Positions 26,085 to 32,000 of a stretch of 32,000 bases of DNA are shown piece by piece. This DNA is from Nostoc sp. PCC 7120 = FACHB-418 (GTDB lineage: Bacteria; Cyanobacteriota; Cyanobacteriia; Cyanobacteriales; Nostocaceae). Position numbers and translations under genes: made by a program. Each line of letters opens with the position of its first letter. Positions within the stretch are counted from its first letter, which is position 1. The notes below the pieces were generated by a model. The model had not been told where the DNA came from and ran no database searches. It worked only from the letters and a program-made list of their open reading frames with translations. The stretch is from the NCBI RefSeq assembly GCF_000009705.1, contig NC_003272.1, positions 1,020,001 to 1,052,000 of the forward strand, in the 5' to 3' direction.

Positions 26085-27431
26085 GTGCGTAATCTCCAAG
26101 AAACTCATTTAAACCGCGCCCGTGCCAGCTTGAGACAAGCACTGTCTTGGTATGGATATCTTCGCAAATCAGGGCATTTATCATCTAACCCAGAGTTGGC
26201 AGGTTTGGTGAAACCAGAAATTGAAGTTTTAAACTCCACTCTGAACAAGCTGGACTCAAATGTGATTAGAATCGCGGCTTTTGGTTTGGTGAGTCGCGGT
26301 AAGTCGGCGGTGTTAAATGCTTTATTGGGCAGTAAGATTTTGCAAACTGGCCCCCTCAACGGTGTGACTCAATGGCCGCGTTCTGTGCGCTGGCAGCCAG
26401 GGGGCAAGGTGATAGTGGAGTTAATTGATACCCCAGGACTGGATGAAATTCAGGGCGAGTCACGGGCGCAGATGGCGCGGGATGTGGTGCGTCAAGCTGA
26501 TTTGATTTTATTTGTGGTATCTGGGGATATTACCCGGACTGAATATCAAGCACTTCTGGAATTACGGCAGGCGCAGAAACCGCTAATTTTGGTGTTTAAC
26601 AAAATCGACTTATACCCAGATACAGACCAAGCGGCAATTTATCGAAATTTACAACAACTAGGCGCAGGAAACCCCCAAGCCAAGCCTTTGTTACCTGACG
26701 AAATTGTCATGGTGGCGGCGGAACCTGCACCGATGGAGGTACGCGTTGAGTGGCCTGATGGTCGGGTGAGTTATGAATGGGAAACTCCGCCACCCCAGGT
26801 AGACGAACTTAAGCAGACCATTTTAAATATTCTCAACCGGGAAGGCCGATCGCTCCTAGCTTTAAATGCCCTGATTCAAGCACGGGACGCAGAAGCAGCG
26901 ATCGCCCAAAAAACTATTGACATCCGCCAACAAGAGGCGGAAGATATCATCTGGCAATTTACTAAATACAAAGCCCTAGCTGTAGGACTAAATCCCATTG
27001 CCTTTATTGATATCCTGGGTGGAACCGTGGCTGATTTGGCTTTAATTCGCTCTCTGGCGCGGTTATATGGTCTGCCTATAACTAGCTACGAAGCCGGAAA
27101 AATTTTAAAAACAATCTTCATCAGTTCCGGTGGCTTATTGCTGGGAGAATTAGGCAGTAGCTTTTTATTAGGATTAGGTAAAAGTGCTGCTGCTTTAACT
27201 AGTGGTGATAATCCGACAAATGTTACTGCCTTTGCTGGGAGTGCGATCGCTCAAGCTGGAATTGCCGGTTATGGAGCCTATTCTGTTGGCAAAGCTGCCC
27301 AAGTATATCTGGAAAAAGGCTGCACTTGGGGTCAATTAGGCGCTAGTACTGTGATTACTGAAATCTTGTCTCAAGTTGACCAAAATACAATTCTGTATCG
27401 GCTGCAACAAGAATTAGGCATGAAATATTGA
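26085..27431 (+). CDS. GTP-binding protein with a C-terminal DUF697-like membrane domain
   Basis: GTG start. G1 is GLVSRGKSAVLNAL, G3 is DTPGLDE and G4 is NKID. The C-terminal third is glycine/alanine-rich and hydrophobic (GGLLLGELGSSFLLGLG..., AIAQAGIAGYGAYSVG). Confidence 0.85.
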   Translation: MRNLQETHLNRARASLRQALSWYGYLRKSGHLSSNPELAGLVKPEIEVLNSTLNKLDSNVIRIAAFGLVSRGKSAVLNALLGSKILQTGPLNGVTQWPRSVRWQPGGKVIVELIDTPGLDEIQGESRAQMARDVVRQADLILFVVSGDITRTEYQALLELRQAQKPLILVFNKIDLYPDTDQAAIYRNLQQLGAGNPQAKPLLPDEIVMVAAEPAPMEVRVEWPDGRVSYEWETPPPQVDELKQTILNILNREGRSLLALNALIQARDAEAAIAQKTIDIRQQEAEDIIWQFTKYKALAVGLNPIAFIDILGGTVADLALIRSLARLYGLPITSYEAGKILKTIFISSGGLLLGELGSSFLLGLGKSAAALTSGDNPTNVTAFAGSAIAQAGIAGYGAYSVGKAAQVYLEKGCTWGQLGASTVITEILSQVDQNTILYRLQQELGMKY

Positions 27432-27710
27432 GAATAAATAAATAATATTGCCCTAATTATTACTGTTGTTGAGAAATTGTCAATTTCCATCAAATTCCTC
27501 TGATAAATGTGTTCAAATGCGATTTTCAGAGGCAACATAAAAGATATGGCAGTTATTTGCTAATAGTCCAGTTAGCACAGCACTTATACCTGTTTCCATT
27601 CAAGATGAAAAGAGAGCAATTCCCAATAAGATTGGCTCACAAAATGGCGGTGTTCACCACTACAATCTTGGGAAAGCCTATCTAAACTGGAAATATCTGC
27701 TCTGAAATCA

Positions 27711-27731
27711 GTTAACTGTTAACTGTTAACA
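27711..27731. repeat. Three tandem heptamers (GTTAACT GTTAACT GTTAACA) upstream of cp12
   Basis: Read directly from the sequence. Same style as the other STRR-like arrays in this window. Confidence 0.5.
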
Positions 27732-27763
27732 ATCACAGCGTAGTCATAAAAAGGCGAAAAACC

Positions 27764-28042
27764 ATGACAATGACCTTCAATGTAGCCCCATCAGGCGCGA
27801 ACTCAGACAACAACGGGACTACAAATTTAGAAAAAGCCATCCTCGCAGCGATCGCAGAAGCTCGTACTACCTGTGAACAAAACGGTGATGGTTCTCCCAA
27901 CTGTGCCGTAGCTTGGGATATTGTGGAAGAATTACAAGCTGAAAAGTCTCATCAACAGCAAGCACAAAAACGTAAGAGTTCTCTAGAAAGCTTCTGTGAC
28001 CTGCATCCAGAAGCCTTAGAATGCCTGATTTATGATGTTTAA
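27764..28042 (+). CDS. cp12: CP12 (Calvin-cycle GAPDH/PRK complex regulator)
   Basis: All three CP12 hallmarks are present: an N-terminal Cys pair (CEQNGDGSPNC), the core AWDIVEELQA, and a C-terminal Cys pair (CDLHPEALEC) followed by LIYDV. Confidence 0.88.
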   Translation: MTMTFNVAPSGANSDNNGTTNLEKAILAAIAEARTTCEQNGDGSPNCAVAWDIVEELQAEKSHQQQAQKRKSSLESFCDLHPEALECLIYDV

Positions 28043-28061
28043 TTAATGCTAAAGATTGGAA

Positions 28062-28095
28062 ATTTTGGATTTGAAATTGTCATTCAATCCAAAAT
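28062..28095 (+). terminator. Hairpin immediately downstream of cp12
   Basis: attttggatttgaa pairs with ttcaatccaaaat (about 13 bp with one bulge, loop attgtca). No clean U-run follows, so terminator function is tentative. Confidence 0.35.
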
Positions 28096-28125
28096 CGCCA
28101 ATCTCAAAATTACCCTACATTTCGT

Positions 28126-28174
28126 GTTGGCTGTTGACGATTGACGGTTGACAATTAACCATCAACTACTAACA
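28126..28174. repeat. Seven tandem degenerate heptamers (STRR-like)
   Basis: gttggct gttgacg attgacg gttgaca attaacc atcaact actaaca. Confidence 0.5.
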
Positions 28175-28175
28175 A

Positions 28176-28333
28176 ACTATATAAGTCAATACGGTTTAGT
28201 TAAGAAAATAGTAGGTTGGGTGTAGCGATAGCGTAACCCAACAAAGTCTTGAGAATGTTGGGTTCCGTTCCTCCACCCAACCTACACCATTCTAAGTTGT
28301 TAGTCTTATCTGAACTGTATTGCTATATAAGTG
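28176..28333. repeat. MITE-like nested palindromic element between convergent cp12 and tlyA
   Basis: The core at 28211..28285 has perfect 12-nt terminal arms, gtaggttgggtg / cacccaacctac, and two internal GTTGGGT...ACCCAAC hairpins. The outer flanks are imperfectly complementary (ctatataagtcaatacggtttag vs ctgaactgtattgctatataag). There is no ORF. Confidence 0.45.
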
Positions 28334-28367
28334 ACTATGTAATTTAAAAGCGTAACCAGTCTCTTAA

Positions 28368-29201
28368 TTACGAATTCCCCAAATCAGTCATAGCTGATTT
28401 AGTGACTTGTTGGATCGCATTTAAATCTGTTGGTGGCATTTCGCTTTCCATGTTTAACCATAAGAGATATTCGATATTTCCCGCCGGGCCAGTAATAGGT
28501 GACCAAGTTAAGCCCTTATACTTCCAGCCTAATTTCTCAGCCGCTTGCCACACCTGAAAAATAGCATCAGCTTGGTCATGGGGATCGCGAACAACGCCTT
28601 TTTTACCCACACGAGATTTTCCCACTTCAAACTGTGGCTTAACCAATAGCACTGCTTCTCGTGGGGGTTGAGTTAATTGCCATAAGGCTGGCAAAATCTT
28701 AGTTAAAGAAATAAAAGAAACATCCACCACCGCCAAATCGGGAATAGCATCCCCATCACCATATAAATCCTTAGGTTGCAATTGCCGTAAATTAGTGCGT
28801 TCGCGCAAAATCACCTGAGGATTGTTTCGTAAACCCCAATCAGTTTGCCCGTAACCCACATCAATACCGTAAACTAGCTTTGCCCCAGCTTGGAGTAAAC
28901 AATCAGTAAAACCACCCGTAGATATACCTCCATCCAAGCAAACACGGCCATTTACAGAGATGGCGAATAATTCCAAACCCTTAGCCAGTTTCTCACCACC
29001 ACGGGAAACAAAGCGCGATCGCTCTTTAATTTTAACCTGAGCCGCAACATCAACCTCTGTCCCAGGCTTATCAATTATCTGTTCATTAACAGTCACTTCC
29101 CCCGCCTGAATTAGCCTCTGTGCTAAAGTGCGAGAATTACATAAATTTAACTCTACTAATAAATTATCTAATCGCTGTTTAGCCAAATTTACCTGCCACA
29201 A
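28368..29201 (-). CDS. tlyA: TlyA-family rRNA (cytidine-2'-O)-methyltransferase (S4-like domain plus FtsJ-type methyltransferase)
   Basis: KQRLDNLLVE...AQRLIQAGEVTVN (S4-like), FVSRGGEKL, LDGGISTGGFTDCLLQAGA, DVSFISL. Both candidate starts are TTG (29201, or 29186 giving M-AKQRLD). Confidence 0.87.
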   Translation of the reverse strand: MWQVNLAKQRLDNLLVELNLCNSRTLAQRLIQAGEVTVNEQIIDKPGTEVDVAAQVKIKERSRFVSRGGEKLAKGLELFAISVNGRVCLDGGISTGGFTDCLLQAGAKLVYGIDVGYGQTDWGLRNNPQVILRERTNLRQLQPKDLYGDGDAIPDLAVVDVSFISLTKILPALWQLTQPPREAVLLVKPQFEVGKSRVGKKGVVRDPHDQADAIFQVWQAAEKLGWKYKGLTWSPITGPAGNIEYLLWLNMESEMPPTDLNAIQQVTKSAMTDLGNS

Positions 29202-29278
29202 ATATTCTGAAATACTAATAATATTAATTCTGCCTAATTACTTACATTATTCTTAAACTCGTCGCTGGCTATTACAAA

Positions 29279-30064
29279 TTAACCAAGTCTGCTTAAAACA
29301 TATTCACGAGTGCGAGAATCATGAGGACTGTTAAACATTTTCTTTGTTAAACCAAATTCAACTAATTGACCAATTCGATTTTCATTGCCTTTAAAAAATG
29401 CGGTGAAATCCGATACACGACTAACCTGGGATAAATTATGGCTGACTATCACCATTGTTAATTCAGAACGAAGACGTAAACTCTGAATTAAACTTTCTAC
29501 TTTCATACTAGCTATAGGGTCAAGACCAAAACAAGGCTCATCCATTAACAAAACTTTTGGCTTAACTGCTAAAGCACGAGCAATACAAAGTCTCTGTTGT
29601 TGACCACCAGAAAGGTCTAACGCGGATTTGTGTATTTTGTGTTTTATTTCATCCCATAGATCAGCATCTTTTAGTGCGGATTCTACAATATCATCTATTT
29701 CTAATTTCGGTCTCCATCCAACTATTTTCACCCCATAAGCCACATTATCATAAACACTCATGGGGAAAAGATTGGGTTTGGGATGTACCATACTCACTTG
29801 TCGGCGTAGCCGATTCAAGTTAACTCGACGCTCATAAATATTTTGATTAAAAAACTCTACCCTGCCTTCTACGCGTACTTCTGACTCTAATTCATTCATC
29901 CGATTGAGACATTTAAGAAAGGTAGATTTTCCACAACCACTAGGTCCAATAATAGCAGTTACTTTGCTCTGGTATATCTCCATAGACACCCCCTCAAGTA
30001 TTTTTTGGGTGTCATAATAAAAGCTGAGATTGTTGACTTTGATGACTGGAATTAGTTTACTCAT
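29279..30064 (-). CDS. pstB: Phosphate ABC transporter ATP-binding protein, distal divergent copy (PstB')
   Basis: Walker A GPSGCGKST, signature LSGGQQQRL, Walker B LLMDEP and an H-loop His (VSHN). The Q-loop position reads MVHPKPNLFP instead of the MVFQRPNPFP seen in the upstream copy. Confidence 0.9.
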   Translation of the reverse strand: MSKLIPVIKVNNLSFYYDTQKILEGVSMEIYQSKVTAIIGPSGCGKSTFLKCLNRMNELESEVRVEGRVEFFNQNIYERRVNLNRLRRQVSMVHPKPNLFPMSVYDNVAYGVKIVGWRPKLEIDDIVESALKDADLWDEIKHKIHKSALDLSGGQQQRLCIARALAVKPKVLLMDEPCFGLDPIASMKVESLIQSLRLRSELTMVIVSHNLSQVSRVSDFTAFFKGNENRIGQLVEFGLTKKMFNSPHDSRTREYVLSRLG

Positions 30065-30819
30065 AAAAAGGCTGGCAATAAATATTGACTCGACAAAGTA
30101 GTAAAAATCAGTGCTGTTGTTTCACGATTTGTGAAGCCAATATTGAATGGTCATGCTTCCAGATTGGGAAGACCAGTATTCATTTATAGCTAGATAGCAG
30201 TATTTATCAAACAGATATTTGCATTACAATTATTTCCCTTATCTAAAGATATGTGGTATGATTTGGTCAAGTTAAAATCAAGCAGTTAGCAACCAAAACT
30301 AAACTTATACTTATTCATGAGTTTAAGATGAGGTAATTTTTTGTTTATAGTTTGAAATTATCTCATTCCTGCACCCCAATATCAGGAAGTATATTACTTT
30401 TATTGCCTAAAGATTGGAAATACTAGTGTATACACTGACTAAATCTCATTTTGACGCTCTGATAAATGGTGATAATTAATTCATGAGGCAAATATCTAAT
30501 ACAATACTTGTTTAATCATTTATATCTCTGTATTTTACAAAGTATATAATAATTACTATTTTATAAGATGTGTTAAAAATCTTGGTGAACTAGTGAGCGC
30601 ATAAGCGATAAAGTTTACCAAGACTTCATAATATTTATTTAGACGCAAGAAATTTACCCAAGAAATTAATTGGGCATTTTCATAAACAATTTTGCTGTCA
30701 TTCGGAAAAACCTTTGAGAAGTTAGCGGCTAGAGAATAATATTTTTATTTATCTGTAGATATATTTTGCATTTATACATTCTCAAGCGTACTGAATCAGA
30801 TGTTATTAAATACTTTACT

Positions 30820-31602
30820 TTAGCCAAAGCGACCTGAAACATAGTCACGGGTGCGAGAATCGAGGGGGTTGCTAAAGATTTGAGTAGTTACACCAAATTC
30901 CACCATTTGACCAATACGACTTTCATCTGTACTGAAAAAAGCTGTGAAATCAGATACACGAGTTGCTTGCTGCATATTATGCGTGACGATCGCAATGGTC
31001 AATTCTGAGCGTAAACTATGAATCAGTTCCTCCACTTTCATCGTAGCGATGGGGTCAAGTGCAGAACAAGGCTCATCCATTAACAGAACTTTTGGCTTAA
31101 TGGCTAAAGCACGGGCAATACAAAGCCGTTGCTGTTGACCTCCAGAAAGCCCTAAAGCTGATTTGTTGAGCTTATCTTTGACTTCCTGCCATAAAGCTGC
31201 ACCCTTAAGGGCAGATTCAACAATTTCATCTAAATCTGCTTGTGGTAATTTAGCAGATATTCTCACACCATAAGCCACATTTTCATAAATGCTCATGGGG
31301 AAGGGGTTGGGTCTTTGAAACACCATCCCAATTTGGCGGCGTAATCTATTGATGTTGATACGCGGGTCATAAATATTTTGACCAAAAAAATCAACAACTC
31401 CTTCTACCTTGACAGGGCCTTCCAATTCGCTAATACGATTGAGGGTTTTGATAAAAGTTGATTTACCACAACCACTAGGGCCGATAATTGCTGTGACTTT
31501 ATTTCTGTAAATATCCATTGAAATCCCTTCAATGGCTTTTGATGTATTGTAATAAAAACTTAGGTCTTTAACTTTAATTGCAGGGACTAATTGTTGATTC
31601 AT
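30820..31602 (-). CDS. pstB: Phosphate ABC transporter ATP-binding protein (canonical PstB)
   Basis: GPSGCGKST, MVFQRPNPFPMSIYENVAYG, LSGGQQQRLCIARA, LLMDEPCSALDP, IVTHNM. 260 aa. Confidence 0.93.
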   Translation of the reverse strand: MNQQLVPAIKVKDLSFYYNTSKAIEGISMDIYRNKVTAIIGPSGCGKSTFIKTLNRISELEGPVKVEGVVDFFGQNIYDPRININRLRRQIGMVFQRPNPFPMSIYENVAYGVRISAKLPQADLDEIVESALKGAALWQEVKDKLNKSALGLSGGQQQRLCIARALAIKPKVLLMDEPCSALDPIATMKVEELIHSLRSELTIAIVTHNMQQATRVSDFTAFFSTDESRIGQMVEFGVTTQIFSNPLDSRTRDYVSGRFG

Positions 31603-31666
31603 AGTATTGAATTAGTTTGGTGTAGATAATTGACTTTAGGTATAAGTAAAGTAAATATTATATTTT

Positions 31667-31685
31667 TGATGGGCATTGCCCATCA
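31667..31685 (-). other. Intercistronic GC-rich hairpin between pstA and pstB
   Basis: tgatgggc att gcccatca (8-bp perfect stem, 3-nt loop) sits in an otherwise AT-rich 170-nt spacer. No U-run follows on the minus strand. Confidence 0.35.
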
Positions 31686-31772
31686 TACAAATGCTTAGAT
31701 TTTTGAAAAATCAACTCAGATTTCTATATAAAGTAAAGAAAAAGCTTTTGTCTTAGTTTGGGGTATATTTTT

Positions 31773-32000
31773 TTATTTAATCTTTTTCTTACGAGTAACT
31801 AAACGGGAAAGCAAACTAACACTTAAAACTAAACCGAGTAAAACGATAGAAGTCGTCCAGACTAGTTGACTTTTCTGGGGGTCAGGGTCGTTGTAAAGGT
31901 TGTAAATTAAGACTGGTAAGGAAGCTGTGGGGCCGAGTAATCCGGCTGACCAATCTAGACTAAATAAGGCCGTAAAAATTAGGGGTGCTGTTTCACCAGC
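31773..32000 (-). CDS. pstA: Phosphate ABC transporter permease PstA, 3' end only (5' part lies beyond the window)
   Basis: Manual minus-strand translation from 32000 gives AGETAPLIFTALFSLDWSAGLLGPTASLPVLIYNLYNDPDPQKSQLVWTTSIVLLGLVLSVSLLSRLVTRKKKIK*, with the stop at 31773..31775. GETAPL(I/L)FTA is the conserved PstA C-terminal motif. It is absent from the ORF track because no start codon lies in the window. Confidence 0.85.
   Translation of the reverse strand, partial: AGETAPLIFTALFSLDWSAGLLGPTASLPVLIYNLYNDPDPQKSQLVWTTSIVLLGLVLSVSLLSRLVTRKKKIK

Noticed and set aside
28049-28063. A 15-mer ctaaagattggaaat shared between the cp12 downstream region (28049..28063) and the pstB spacer (30407..30421).
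   Set aside because: About one exact 15-mer coincidence is expected by chance in a 32-kb window, and more in AT-rich DNA. The similarity does not extend into the flanks.
30065-30819. The long pstB-pstB' spacer as an insertion sequence or MITE.
   Set aside because: I could find no transposase ORF, no terminal inverted repeats at its ends and no flanking direct duplication. It is kept as a finding only as an unexplained spacer.
1-32000. A scan for defence islands, toxin-antitoxin pairs, prophage or integrative-element hallmarks, and rRNA/tRNA genes.
   Set aside because: Nothing in the ORF set or the intergenic sequence supports any of these. The STAND-like NTPase modules are internal to the hybrid kinases, not stand-alone Avs/NLR-type proteins with effector domains.

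Overview
This window looks like a chromosomal segment from a filamentous, heterocyst-type cyanobacterium (Nostoc/Anabaena-like). The evidence is about 30 copies by eye of the HIP1 palindrome GCGATCGC, STRR-like tandem heptamers in several intergenic spacers, and the gene content (CP12, HstK-type hybrid Ser/Thr-His kinases, duplicated pstB). I support 23 complete CDS, one partial CDS (pstA 3' end at the right edge) and one short gene remnant. I found no rRNA, tRNA, CRISPR array, transposase, integrase or recognisable defence or toxin-antitoxin module, so I cannot claim a clear new system. Layout, left to right: a 1852-aa hybrid kinase (-), a DUF4126-like membrane protein, rpiA and a 605-aa TPR protein. 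Next come two small orphan genes and a co-directional seven-gene stress/detox-like block: DUF2267, a DJ-1/PfpI-helical-bundle fusion, membrane-anchored SRPBCC, Zn-ADH, a small secreted hydrophilic protein, a second Zn-ADH and a cupin. A small membrane protein and a second, paralogous 1800-aa hybrid kinase (+) follow. The rest is DUF72, a DsbA-like oxidoreductase, a rhodanese, a GTPase with a DUF697-like membrane tail, CP12, tlyA, and the tail of a pst operon (pstA', pstB, a 755-bp AT-rich gap, then a second pstB). The points most worth follow-up are: (1) the divergent pair of giant kinase paralogs bracketing the stress-like block, both with the same degenerate glycine-rich loop; (2) the distal pstB copy, which lacks the Q-loop glutamine and sits behind an unusually long ORF-free spacer; (3) the DJ-1/PfpI-four-helix-bundle fusion; (4) tandem ADH paralogs with patches of perfect nucleotide identity; (5) a hairpin with an embedded 7-codon mini-ORF in the DUF2267 leader; (6) several families of small palindromic or heptameric repeats at gene boundaries. 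All homology calls come from motif recognition by eye, not database searches.
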